Below are positions 27,008 through 36,716 of a DNA stretch of 64,000 nucleotides, one piece after another. A program made the position numbers and the translations under genes. How positions within the stretch are numbered: the first letter of the stretch is position 1; each line of letters starts with the position of its first letter. The stretch lies in the IMG/VR virus record IMGVR_UViG_3300031658_000002, positions 1-64,000 of that record, one strand, 5' to 3'. Under the pieces are notes generated by a model. The model had not been told where the DNA came from. It saw only the letters and a program-made list of their open reading frames with translations, and did not search any database. This DNA comes from a virus.

Positions 27008-28813
27008 TTATATGTCGTCTTCCATTATGTTGCTTTCGTTTAAAAGATCAGATTTATATTTACTTTTTTCAGCAAACAAACCTCTTATCTTCCGTGATTC
27101 AAATCTTCTGTTTGATTTATTGTTCTTCAGTTTTGTATCACGCTTTCTTTCTTCTCTACCAATAGTATCTCTACCTCTTGCAGAGTCTTGAGATCCATAC
27201 TTTGTACTTTCTTCTGGTCTACCCTGACCTGGCTCGTTGGGCTCATCGTTTCCGAACATAGAAAGATTGTCACCTCCATCATCTTCTGCGTCTACAGTTG
27301 CTAACGTGTGAGGAGTACCAAGTGCTTCACCAGATTCTTGAGGATCGTTACCTTCCATTTCTATCTGAGATTTTCTAAACTTCTGTTTTATATCTTCTAT
27401 TACGTTATGCTTTTCTTCTTTAACTTCTTCTTCGTTCATGTTAAATACATTTTTGTATATCCAATCTTCAGATACCATCTGACCGTCTTTAATAGTTGAT
27501 GCTAAGTCTAACTTGCTTGACCATAACTCTAGCTTTTCTTGCTCTGCTATTGATGAAGGGTTTGTTAGTTTTAATTCAAACTCTACCATCTCTTCGTTTG
27601 AAAATCCTTGAGAGTATAAATGTACCATTGCAATTTTTGTAAGCTCTGATAAAAATATCCTCTGTATTCTTTCTATTGTTCTTGCAAACCTGACATCCTG
27701 AGCTGCAAGGGTTGCTTTTCCTTCTACACCTTCTTCATAGCCTAAGAAAGCCTTAGGTACTTTAAGTGCTGCAAACATTCTTGATTTTAAATAGTCCACA
27801 TCATCTATGCTATTGTTTTCCATTCCTGATAAAGTATCTATCTCAGTACCAGATTGACCGCCTCTTACAGGAAGGTATACATCTTCAAGCATATTCGACA
27901 TATTAAATTTAAGATTATATTGGCCAGTCTTCTCATCTATATAAGGAGTCTTTTTCATCTGGTTAACAACTCTCTGCATATATGCGTCTACCTCGTTTGG
28001 TGGGATGTTACCTATATCTATTTTATATACTCGTTTTTCAGGTGCTCTCATGATTCTGTGAATTAACATTGCATCTTCCATAAGAGTTAATTGTTTCCAA
28101 GTCTTTCTAGCCGGTTCGATCATAGCTTTACCATAAGGTAGAAAGTTCATATCGTTAAGCATTCTAAAGTGAGCTATTTCGTAGTTTTCATAGTGCGACT
28201 GCATACCTTGTCTTGAAGCTCCTTGCTGACCGGCCATTGTAGGATCATGAGTAAACTTAACCATATCAGGATTATTTGGATCAGTACCTTCTTCTCTAAA
28301 CATCTCGTATGAAGACAGAGGAACTGCATTTGTTATCCCTACTTTTTCTGTTATATCTAACTTCAAATAGAAGTCACCATACTTACACATGTTTCTTACC
28401 CACGGCCAAGCGTTGAATTCTATATTAAGTACATCATAAAACAGATTGTTTAACACCTTCTGCACTTTTTCATTATCTGTATTTATTTCGAGTACATTAC
28501 CGAATTCGTTTTTAAGAGTTGACTCATCTGAGTATATGTCTAGAGCAGATGAGATTATAGAATCTTCGTCCATAATCTCATAGTCAGAATACAGCTGGAG
28601 TCTAAGTGTATGAAAATTAGCCTGTTGGTTGTAACCGTAACTGTCTGTTTGATATATTCTGTTGTATCTGTCTACTAATCTGTTTGTTGCTAGTTTTGGA
28701 TTTGCTTGCACTTTGCTTAAGTCTGCAACTTTTAATCCATTGTCAGTCCTTCTTATAATTGTTCCTGTTGAAAACAATGTCTGTAATCTTCCAAAAAATG
28801 TTTTTTCTGCCAT
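27008..28813 (-). CDS. Portal protein (T4 gp20-like)
   Basis: WKQLTLMEDAMLIHRIMRAPEKRVYKIDIGNIPP, MLEDVYLPVRG, TEIDTL.G, ALKVPK, DVRFARTIERIQ. Confidence 0.96.
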   Translation of the reverse strand: MAEKTFFGRLQTLFSTGTIIRRTDNGLKVADLSKVQANPKLATNRLVDRYNRIYQTDSYGYNQQANFHTLRLQLYSDYEIMDEDSIISSALDIYSDESTLKNEFGNVLEINTDNEKVQKVLNNLFYDVLNIEFNAWPWVRNMCKYGDFYLKLDITEKVGITNAVPLSSYEMFREEGTDPNNPDMVKFTHDPTMAGQQGASRQGMQSHYENYEIAHFRMLNDMNFLPYGKAMIEPARKTWKQLTLMEDAMLIHRIMRAPEKRVYKIDIGNIPPNEVDAYMQRVVNQMKKTPYIDEKTGQYNLKFNMSNMLEDVYLPVRGGQSGTEIDTLSGMENNSIDDVDYLKSRMFAALKVPKAFLGYEEGVEGKATLAAQDVRFARTIERIQRIFLSELTKIAMVHLYSQGFSNEEMVEFELKLTNPSSIAEQEKLELWSSKLDLASTIKDGQMVSEDWIYKNVFNMNEEEVKEEKHNVIEDIKQKFRKSQIEMEGNDPQESGEALGTPHTLATVDAEDDGGDNLSMFGNDEPNEPGQGRPEESTKYGSQDSARGRDTIGREERKRDTKLKNNKSNRRFESRKIRGLFAEKSKYKSDLLNESNIMEDDI

Positions 28814-28832
28814 GTTTTTCTCCTTTATAACC

Positions 28833-30410
28833 TTATAATAACCAAGTTAAATCTTCGTCATCATTTTTAATTTTCATATTCCAAGGGTTAGTTCCAGGAA
28901 AACTATTTCCTGTATACGCACCTCTTGTGTTGACTATGTTGTTTATTGCGTTCTTGTTCATATTCAATCCTTCAGTAGCCAATCTGACTGCATTATCTCT
29001 AACAAATAGCGCGATAGCAAGTGCCATTGTTAGATCATCATTATATCCTCGCTGAGCTTCAGCTCTATGGCCATTCCAGATGAAAACAAATAACTCATCT
29101 ATCAGTCTTTTAGATTTTATAGTGCACGCCTTTTCTCTAAAATAAATATCTAACTTCGATATCAAAAGAGGCCTTGTACGGGTTGAAGTAGTAAATCCAG
29201 GGGTCATATTTTCACGGTTCTTTAAGTCATATCCTTTACTTAACTGAGTAGTGGCATCGTGGACACCTTCGTGTTTGTACGTGTAATAAAGATTTCTGTA
29301 CCCTCTATCTATAGCTGGCTGTAGTGCAGCCCAACCTATGTTTGCATTTTCTACAACCAACAAAGCTTCGTTGTATTCTGTAGCTATATTTACTAGTAGA
29401 TTTCCGAACTCTTTCGTCCCTATCTGATTTCTATATTCTGCTACCTGTTCCATCTTTTCTATATCTATTACATGAAAAGTAGAGTAGTCACTACCGTCAC
29501 CTCTGGCAACATCGGCAACAACCATATATGATCTATTATAATCTGCATAGTTCCATATCCACAGCTCGTCTTCTACACCTCTCTTTTCGATTGGCTCTAC
29601 AACAAGATTGTCCATATACCAAGTAAGAAGTTCTGCAGAAACAACTGAATTACCAGAAGTAATAAAGTCACAGTCACATTCCTGTGCTGCCATTTTAGGT
29701 CCAAGTAATTCGTCTTGCAAATCTCTCCACTCTTGATCTCTATCAGGATGCTCTGTCCAGTGTAATTTTATAGGATTAAACTGACCTTCTCCTCTCTCAG
29801 CCTGAGTCCATATCTTGTGGAATAAGTTTCCTGTACCATTTGGTGTTGAAAGTAAGATTGCAGAACCACCAGTTGCTAATGTTTGCTGTGCTGAAGTCCA
29901 TATCTCTTCAACCTTATCTATAAAGGCAGCCTCATCAATAACTAACAGGGAAAGTGCTTCAGATCTTGCAGCATCAGGAGCAGATGATACTGCTTTTATC
30001 TGTGATCCGTTTTTAAGTCTAAGTGAAAGTCTGTTATCTTCTTCAGATCCAACTCTTAGCCATGAAGGTAGCAAGTCGTGCATTACCCTAACCTTAGTAA
30101 TAAGATTCTTTGCAGTGTCTTGTTTTATAGCAATAACTAATACATTAAAGTCTTCTCTGAAAACCATGTTCCATACAGAAAATCCAGCTGTCAAGGTTGA
30201 TATACCCATCTGTCTGGATTTTAATATTACATTAAATCTGTGATCTTTGAAGTCTACTAAAGAATCTTCCTGGAATTTGAATAAATCGAACTTTATCTTA
30301 CCTCGCTGAGGGTGCTGGATAAAGCAGTACTTCTTCATAAAGTACACAGGGTCTTGTGAGCACTTGATATACTCATCAACTAAAGCTTGTTTTATTGTTT
30401 TATTTGCCAT
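28833..30410 (-). CDS. terL: Terminase large subunit (gp17-like)
   Basis: Walker A KSRQMGIST, Walker B LLVIDEAAF, STPNG, nuclease ADVARGDGSDYS, VVENAN, DDLTMALA. Confidence 0.96.
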   Translation of the reverse strand: MANKTIKQALVDEYIKCSQDPVYFMKKYCFIQHPQRGKIKFDLFKFQEDSLVDFKDHRFNVILKSRQMGISTLTAGFSVWNMVFREDFNVLVIAIKQDTAKNLITKVRVMHDLLPSWLRVGSEEDNRLSLRLKNGSQIKAVSSAPDAARSEALSLLVIDEAAFIDKVEEIWTSAQQTLATGGSAILLSTPNGTGNLFHKIWTQAERGEGQFNPIKLHWTEHPDRDQEWRDLQDELLGPKMAAQECDCDFITSGNSVVSAELLTWYMDNLVVEPIEKRGVEDELWIWNYADYNRSYMVVADVARGDGSDYSTFHVIDIEKMEQVAEYRNQIGTKEFGNLLVNIATEYNEALLVVENANIGWAALQPAIDRGYRNLYYTYKHEGVHDATTQLSKGYDLKNRENMTPGFTTSTRTRPLLISKLDIYFREKACTIKSKRLIDELFVFIWNGHRAEAQRGYNDDLTMALAIALFVRDNAVRLATEGLNMNKNAINNIVNTRGAYTGNSFPGTNPWNMKIKNDDEDLTWLL

Positions 30411-30418
30411 AACCTATA

Positions 30419-30426
30419 TATAAATA
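30419..30426 (-). promoter_or_regulatory. Putative late promoter motif TATTTATA, 8 nt before the terL ATG
   Basis: Intergenic AT-rich stretch. Confidence 0.55.
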
Positions 30427-30447
30427 TATATGTATATAAAAGTTGCG

Positions 30448-30843
30448 TTATTTTTTGATACGTTTTTCTAGTGATCTACCACCAAAATATGCACCAATAG
30501 TTGTCATTAAAACTAACTGCAGTAAATCTGTCCACTTTTCTTCCACATTAAATGATACTGCACCTGCATCAATGAATATCATTAGTACCGTACATATTAC
30601 TAAAAATATCAATACCATAGGTCTTACATTCTTACTTAACCAAGAGTCCGAGTTCATATCAGATTTCCAACGGTCTGTTATGTTAGCCTCCATATCTGTT
30701 TCATATTTTGCTATAAGCTCTTGTATCTTTTGCTCTGCTGCTAACTTCTCTTCTTTTGAAGTTGTTAAATTGTCCAAGACACCCCCAACACTTTTAACTA
30801 ATGTTGCAGCTCCGCTTGAAAATATTTGTGTCAATATACTCAT
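30448..30843 (-). CDS. Holin (GTA-type 3TM holin family-like)
   Basis: TSKEEK, RWKSDMNSDSWLSKNVRP, two hydrophobic helices, AYFGGRSLEK. Confidence 0.8.
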   Translation of the reverse strand: MSILTQIFSSGAATLVKSVGGVLDNLTTSKEEKLAAEQKIQELIAKYETDMEANITDRWKSDMNSDSWLSKNVRPMVLIFLVICTVLMIFIDAGAVSFNVEEKWTDLLQLVLMTTIGAYFGGRSLEKRIKK

Positions 30844-31427
30844 TCTTGTTCTCCTTTTAATAATCTTTCTGTTAATTCTTTTTCAGAATCTATCCAGTCT
30901 ATGAAGCGTTGTTTTATATTTTTCTTATCAGTAGAAGAAAGCTTTGACCAATCTTCTATCTGACCTGATTCTGTAATTAGATTGCTTGAGTCTAAAGATT
31001 CGAACCAAATGTTAAAGTTCTGTTCTTGTGTCAATGTCCAAGAACTAAAGTTTTTTCTAACTTCTTTCTCAAACCATTCTTTGTATATACCTTTAGATAC
31101 CATACCGTGCTCGTGTTTGTTCTGGCACATGAGACAGTGGCTAAATAATCTATACATTTTTTTGTGTGCAGAGTTGTTCATTCTGCCGCTACACTTTGGA
31201 CAAGCTAATGGGATCTGCATATCTTTTCTAGCTTCACCTAGCTTAGTCTTGTTCTGTTTGATACCGTTTTTAAGTGTCCAGGTTTTTCCGCCTTCTTCCC
31301 AAACATCCCCCTCGTATCTTTTTGTTTCGTAGCTTGTATACCCCGAACTTGTTTTTGTTTTTGAGCCATAGTCACCTGTTGCCAAGTTTCTCATTCTCTG
31401 TATTTTTTGTTTTGAAAACTGTTTCAT
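30840..31427 (-). CDS. Hypothetical protein with CxxC...CxxC zinc motif
   Basis: GDVWEEGGKTWT.KNG, CPKC...HCLMC. Confidence 0.7.
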   Translation of the reverse strand: MKQFSKQKIQRMRNLATGDYGSKTKTSSGYTSYETKRYEGDVWEEGGKTWTLKNGIKQNKTKLGEARKDMQIPLACPKCSGRMNNSAHKKMYRLFSHCLMCQNKHEHGMVSKGIYKEWFEKEVRKNFSSWTLTQEQNFNIWFESLDSSNLITESGQIEDWSKLSSTDKKNIKQRFIDWIDSEKELTERLLKGEQE

Positions 31428-31439
31428 ATTATAACCTTT

Positions 31440-33722
31440 TTAGAAATACATCATACCTGTGATTTGGTTTACAGGTGCAAAAGCTCCAGTTAGTTTGTAT
31501 GTACTTCCTTTATATACAAATACTAAACCTTCACTTGGCACTATAGAATCCATACCTCCGATTGAATTTAATTTATTTAATTGCTGTGCTAATCTGTTTA
31601 TCTTCTTTATATCGCCGCCTTTTCTTACGATTGATATGGCCTGCTTTATCTGCTTTCTTATATTCTGTACTGCTTTGTCTGGATTGGCTGCCAAGAAACC
31701 TTCCGCGTTTTTCAATACTTCAGCACCCAATTCAAAGAATAACTTTTCAAATGGTAACATATTCTTTTTAACTTGATCTGCATGTTTCTGCTTGTCGATA
31801 TCTATAGCTTTAGATAAAAGCTTTTCATCACCTATAGTTTTCTTATTAAGTCTGAATGACTTATCAGAAAAAGCCCACCGCTTAACAAGCCCCATCTTTA
31901 TTCTGTTATCTACACCTTTAAGATTTTTGTCAACATATTCTCCCCACCAAGCTTGATGGTATTCACCAAACGTACTTGAGTCAGACATACTAAACTTTTT
32001 CATAAGAGAGTTTAGCTTGCCTAAGAAATAGGGTTTTTTAGCAGAATAATCTTGGTGTGGATTTATCTTTAAAAACTGAGGGCCAATTATTTTAAAACTC
32101 TTCTGTACGTTTTGATTTACCTGAGCAATCATTCCCGCAAGCATCCTAGCGCCATCGGGTACTGAACCTATAGGTGTCCCATCTTTATATTTTAATACGT
32201 TGTGAAACTGTAAATGTGGTGCATCATAGTTTATTACGTTTGAAGATGCTGGGTACATGATTTCCATATTTATCCAGTTATTGCCATCATCAAATATCTT
32301 TTTAAGCTGCTTGTCGTTTAGAGACTTTATAGCTTTTGATAAATCGTTCATAGCATAGTTAAAAGCTTTTTCTATGTTTCCTCTACCAGAGAATTTTTTA
32401 GCTATTGCGCTAGAATCAACACCTCCTCGTTTTATATCACCACCATTTCTTGCAGCAAGAAGCTTTTTGTTCCATGTTATGAATAGGTTTTGGCCATCTG
32501 TTTTTTCTGTTGCAGCTGATTCCAGATTAAGCTTACCTTGTAGAGCTATATCTATTATCTGTCTAAAGTCGCCGAATGTCAAACCTTTGTCATCAAACGG
32601 ATGAGACATGTGGCCATAAGCACCACCTTCTAAAAGTAAACCTTCTTTCATTAGTTTGCCTGGCTTTGGTGCCTTAACTGGTTCTTTAGTATTTGAAGTT
32701 GAAGAAATTTCTGCACCTAAATAACTAACGAATTCGTATCCTATACTAGTAGCTATATATTTAGACCATTTAGTCCATCTATCAAAAGCAACTCTTCCTT
32801 TTTTATCTTGAAGTAAATTTGTACCTGATCTTGCTCCAGGTACTCCAACTGGCCAGTATGAAACTGCACCTGTAGGACCTCCACTCATATCTGTTTTGAA
32901 CTCAGTATCATGTTTGAAAAACTCTTCGTTACCAGTAAGATAATTAAGAACTTCCATTCCAGGATTTATATATTTCTGAAGGTTATCTCCAAATTTCTTC
33001 CATGACTTTTGATTTCCCCAATAACCTCTAGGGCCATCGTCAACAGTATCCCCTCCGGTAGTTGTCAAGTTTTCACTTAGCAGTTTTGGTATATCAAAGT
33101 GTACACAAAAGCCTTCCATTATTTCATTTAGCTTTTCAAGCTTTTGTGTTATTAAATCGTAATTTTTAGTATGACCGAATATACCTTTGAATATTTTAAC
33201 TTTCTGCTTTTTATCTAGCTGAGTATCACCTAAAGCTTTTCTTATTGCTGTTCCGCTCATCTCGCCATATCCTGGTACACTCATTGAAACATGAGGGGCT
33301 ATTATCAAATATGCGCCATCTCTATATCCAACATCAGCATTTCCTTTCCAGGGTTGAAAAAACTTTCCTTTAAGTCTACCGGCATCTTTTTCTCCAACCA
33401 TAAACACAGCTGCTGTAGTTTCAGGATCATATTTCTTTAGAATTTCTTCTGCCTTGTATGGATTCTTAACCTGAACTACTTTAGATATTCCGTGAGAATT
33501 TATTATCTTTTTCTTTTCATTGAAAGAGAATGGTGATTTTGGTAAGTCTACTTTCCCACTCGTTCCAACATATGCGTCTTTGAATTTTGACTGTAGCCAT
33601 TTATATGCTTTTGCGTGATGTGCTCCCATAGGTTGAAACCTACCAGGGTATATTGCAACAACAGTCTTTATCTTTGAATCTTCAGCTATTATTTGTTCTG
33701 CTAACCAGTTTCCTAAACTCAT
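31440..33722 (-). CDS. Fusion of a HIGH-type nucleotidyltransferase-like domain and an RNA-ligase-like (KxDG) domain
   Basis: N-terminal YPGRFQPMGAHH, PFSFNEK, VGEKD, MSGTAIR; C-terminal TEKTDGQN, ARN, NMEI, EGLVF, YKLTG; start likely ATG 33722 (ATGA overlap). Confidence 0.6.
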   Translation of the reverse strand: MSLGNWLAEQIIAEDSKIKTVVAIYPGRFQPMGAHHAKAYKWLQSKFKDAYVGTSGKVDLPKSPFSFNEKKKIINSHGISKVVQVKNPYKAEEILKKYDPETTAAVFMVGEKDAGRLKGKFFQPWKGNADVGYRDGAYLIIAPHVSMSVPGYGEMSGTAIRKALGDTQLDKKQKVKIFKGIFGHTKNYDLITQKLEKLNEIMEGFCVHFDIPKLLSENLTTTGGDTVDDGPRGYWGNQKSWKKFGDNLQKYINPGMEVLNYLTGNEEFFKHDTEFKTDMSGGPTGAVSYWPVGVPGARSGTNLLQDKKGRVAFDRWTKWSKYIATSIGYEFVSYLGAEISSTSNTKEPVKAPKPGKLMKEGLLLEGGAYGHMSHPFDDKGLTFGDFRQIIDIALQGKLNLESAATEKTDGQNLFITWNKKLLAARNGGDIKRGGVDSSAIAKKFSGRGNIEKAFNYAMNDLSKAIKSLNDKQLKKIFDDGNNWINMEIMYPASSNVINYDAPHLQFHNVLKYKDGTPIGSVPDGARMLAGMIAQVNQNVQKSFKIIGPQFLKINPHQDYSAKKPYFLGKLNSLMKKFSMSDSSTFGEYHQAWWGEYVDKNLKGVDNRIKMGLVKRWAFSDKSFRLNKKTIGDEKLLSKAIDIDKQKHADQVKKNMLPFEKLFFELGAEVLKNAEGFLAANPDKAVQNIRKQIKQAISIVRKGGDIKKINRLAQQLNKLNSIGGMDSIVPSEGLVFVYKGSTYKLTGAFAPVNQITGMMYF

Positions 33723-34420
33723 GATTTTCTCAACTTTAATTCTTTTTCTATCCACTTCTTTGCAATGTGGTTTTGTATCGGTCGACTTACAAATTCTCTA
33801 GCATTTGACTTTACAACTTTTTCGAAATCTCTGTATTCTGAATTATCTACAACCAACATATTGCTTGCACCAAACAAAGCTTGGAATTTACCCATGTTGT
33901 TATTTACAGCTTGCCATGATTTTTTTACCAACTCAGATGGAAGTGTTCTCTCTCTATTTTGATTTCTTTCAAGAGCAACGTCTAAGTCTGTGTTTACAAA
34001 AACCATAAAACAATCGTAGCCTGCTGATTCTAGTTTTTTCTTTTGGTCTGCTATATTAGGATAGTTCTTACCAGTACCATCAATAAGAAGTCCGAGCCTT
34101 CCATTGATATAATTTTTAAGTGCAGCGTCTCTAGCCTTTTTACTCTTTGCTCTAAGTAACATCGCTTGTTCGTACTCATCTGGATTTAATTTGGCTATGT
34201 CTTTGCTCAAACCTTTCATCTGTAAGTATGTTTCAAAGTACTTGTCGCTGTTGACGGCTTTCAGTCCCTGTGCAGAAACGAAAGGCATTTTCTCTGGCAT
34301 TCCAAATAATGAAGATGCAGCAAATGATTTACCACTCCCTGGTCCACCGGCTGTAAACACAGCTTTGAATATACCCGGATCGTATACCCCTTCAATCAAT
34401 ATGTCTGTTAACTTTATCAC
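33719..34420 (-). CDS. P-loop kinase (zeta-toxin/AAA_33/polynucleotide-kinase-like)
   Basis: GGPGSGKS Walker A, NSD, LIDGTG, RNQNRER lid; MIKLTDILIE leader. Confidence 0.8.
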   Translation of the reverse strand: MIKLTDILIEGVYDPGIFKAVFTAGGPGSGKSFAASSLFGMPEKMPFVSAQGLKAVNSDKYFETYLQMKGLSKDIAKLNPDEYEQAMLLRAKSKKARDAALKNYINGRLGLLIDGTGKNYPNIADQKKKLESAGYDCFMVFVNTDLDVALERNQNRERTLPSELVKKSWQAVNNNMGKFQALFGASNMLVVDNSEYRDFEKVVKSNAREFVSRPIQNHIAKKWIEKELKLRKS

Positions 34421-34421
34421 C

Positions 34422-34625
34422 TTAATCTCCTGACAATGCGCTCTTGATAGTATTAACTTCAGCTGTTAGCTCATCTATCTTCAAAATCATCTTCTTAAGC
34501 ACTTCTGCCACGTCTTGGTATTCACCATCCATAAGTGCTGTTTCAATATCTACTGTAGCTGCAGCTGATTGTGTTAAAGCTACTAACTCTGCTATCTCAG
34601 CTGTTGCTGTCTTTACGTCTGCCAT
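34422..34625 (-). CDS. Small coiled-coil protein, possibly fibre-associated
   Basis: Tightly packed after the fibre gene; LKIDELTAEVNTIK heptads. Confidence 0.6.
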   Translation of the reverse strand: MADVKTATAEIAELVALTQSAAATVDIETALMDGEYQDVAEVLKKMILKIDELTAEVNTIKSALSGD

Positions 34626-34629
34626 ATTA

Positions 34630-35781
34630 CTACTCCATTCCTATTTTATGTCTAAATACCATCGTGAATTGGGCCCTAACAGAGTCGCCTGTTTGGTCAC
34701 CGCAGTGTACTCCAGCCCACACTTTATCTCCTGCAAGTAGCTGATACGTCTGTGACATATCTTCCCAATGGTTGTTTCTTTGATTGTAACTACTGTCGAT
34801 GCCGCTTGATGCTGTAGCAAAAGCTCTAAGTGTCATTTTTGTTGCAGCATTAGAACCAAATTGAGTTGCAGCTACAAATAACCCGGCTGACATAATATGA
34901 CTGCCTCCAAATCTATGTAGGGTCCCTGTAAAACCTACAAGTTCACAGTCAAACGGCACTGTATAACAAGGATGTATATATTGTGCTGCTGACATTGTTA
35001 TTTGAGAAATTCCTATTTCTATACCTCCAGCTGCATCAGATGCCTCGTCATGGTTAAATGTACCTAAAGCAGCTGAGTTGTATTGGTGGTTGTTACCAGC
35101 ATTACCAGTACCTACAAATGAGCCAGATACACTAGCATCTTGGCCGTATTCGTAGTGAGTGAAATAAGCATATAGATTTGAATCTGCTCTAGTTAATCCT
35201 TGACCAGTTTTTTTAGTGTTTACCGCTATCCCTTTTGTTGGTGATATGAGGACTCCACTTCCTGTTATTGTAGATGACGAAGACACCGCACCTGTAACAG
35301 TAATGCCACCTGTGAATGGTGGTGAGACCAAATCAGCCTTTGTAGCAAATTCTACTATTGCTAGATCCGAAATTACTTTGTCGGCGTCTGCAGTATCTTG
35401 TGCTGATGTTAAACCTACCATTGCTTTAGTTATACCACCTACTGTTCCAGTAAATGTTGGGTCTGCAGTATTTGCTTTTAAACCTAATGCTGTAGTTGTA
35501 GCATATACTTCTGACAAAAGACTACCGTTTTCATATACCCTACCCGCATAAACATTACCACTTGCACTTATATTACCTGTACCTGTATGATTACCTAGAT
35601 GGTTTAATATCTTGTTTGATGCAGTTATCTCGCCGAACGTAAAACTTGATTTAGTTGCATTGCTAGAACCTGAACCATACCATAGTGAACCTGATGATAC
35701 GTTTATTGCTAGCTCACCTTGCGCCAATGTTGCCGGGGCTGATGAACCTGTTCCGTTTTTTATTTGAATTGTTTGTGCCAT
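34630..35781 (-). CDS. Tail fibre/appendage protein with Mtd_N-like N-terminus
   Basis: TIQIKNGT...LAQGELAIN N-terminus, GNISASG, KANTADPTFTG/KADLVSPPFTG fibre repeats. Confidence 0.7.
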   Translation of the reverse strand: MAQTIQIKNGTGSSAPATLAQGELAINVSSGSLWYGSGSSNATKSSFTFGEITASNKILNHLGNHTGTGNISASGNVYAGRVYENGSLLSEVYATTTALGLKANTADPTFTGTVGGITKAMVGLTSAQDTADADKVISDLAIVEFATKADLVSPPFTGGITVTGAVSSSSTITGSGVLISPTKGIAVNTKKTGQGLTRADSNLYAYFTHYEYGQDASVSGSFVGTGNAGNNHQYNSAALGTFNHDEASDAAGGIEIGISQITMSAAQYIHPCYTVPFDCELVGFTGTLHRFGGSHIMSAGLFVAATQFGSNAATKMTLRAFATASSGIDSSYNQRNNHWEDMSQTYQLLAGDKVWAGVHCGDQTGDSVRAQFTMVFRHKIGME

Positions 35782-35799
35782 ATTATTCTTCCATTATTA

Positions 35800-35807
35800 T
35801 ATAAATA
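35800..35807 (-). promoter_or_regulatory. Putative late promoter motif TATTTATA
   Basis: GATATTTATATA upstream of 35781. Confidence 0.65.
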
Positions 35808-36707
35808 TCAAAAAGTCCCGCCTTTTATATTATTAAACTGTATTTCTCCACTTGCACTTATATTTCCCGAGGCTGTTACATTGCCCCATATATTCAACCC
35901 TGTGTCTTTGATCCACAGATTAGTATCGTCATAGTCAATTCGCTTACCTTGAAGATGTAATTCACCCGTTGTATAAAGTTCAGATCCAGCTATTTTGCCG
36001 CTTGCACTTATATTACCTGATGACGTTATATGTGTTGCTGAGATTGTAGAGCTGCCGTATATTGGTCCAGCTATCTTAACAGGGCCTGAGCCATCAATAT
36101 GAAGCCCTCCTCCGGCGAGCTCTGAAATTCTTACGGTATCATTGGAAAATCTGTACTGAGTTCTTGCAGTGATAAAATTAGCTGTTAAGTTGCCACTTGA
36201 GCTTATATTACCAACAGGATCAATTAACGCGACTGTAGTTCGATCCTGTATGAAGAGTATCGATGCTGTGTGGTACGGTTCAGCAAACCCTATCCCCATT
36301 CTCTGGCTTTTGTTTGCAAATGCTGGTGTTGCGCCTATTTGAAAGGATGGTGGATTTTCTGGTAGTGCGGTAGCATATACCGAATAGAAAGCAGGGGAAG
36401 TGTTGAATGCAACGTTTTGCATATTTGCAACATAACCCCACTGAGTAGCTGAAATGTTATCGGCATTTGATCCCATGCTGGATAGTGATGTCCACTCCGC
36501 TGCAGATATTGCCGCGTTGCCAATGTGAGCTATTTCAAGCCACTCTGTGTTTGTTATATTTGCAGAGCCCATTACCTGAAGTGATGCTAACGCTGCTGAT
36601 GACAGGACTGTGTTTCCTGCACCATCGTATATTGTATTACCGTCGGTATGCATTACACGCTGGTAAGTGTCTTGTATTAGTGAACCTGATAGATTAGGTA
36701 GTGCCAT
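35808..36707 (-). CDS. Fibre-like structural protein with GNISASG repeats
   Basis: Three GNIS(A/S)SG motifs; ends IKGGTF. Confidence 0.65.
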   Translation of the reverse strand: MALPNLSGSLIQDTYQRVMHTDGNTIYDGAGNTVLSSAALASLQVMGSANITNTEWLEIAHIGNAAISAAEWTSLSSMGSNADNISATQWGYVANMQNVAFNTSPAFYSVYATALPENPPSFQIGATPAFANKSQRMGIGFAEPYHTASILFIQDRTTVALIDPVGNISSSGNLTANFITARTQYRFSNDTVRISELAGGGLHIDGSGPVKIAGPIYGSSTISATHITSSGNISASGKIAGSELYTTGELHLQGKRIDYDDTNLWIKDTGLNIWGNVTASGNISASGEIQFNNIKGGTF

Positions 36708-36716
36708 CTATAACCC

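Noticed and set aside
27008-30410. Inteins or introns in terminase or portal
   Set aside because: Lengths are normal and no intein splice motifs or frame breaks were seen
33719-34420. Zeta toxin as part of a toxin-antitoxin system
   Set aside because: No epsilon-like antitoxin is evident; context and leader fit a virion-associated kinase better; substrate unknown
34630-35781. Mtd_N-like fibre suggesting a diversity-generating retroelement
   Set aside because: No reverse transcriptase and no template/variable repeat pair seen in the window
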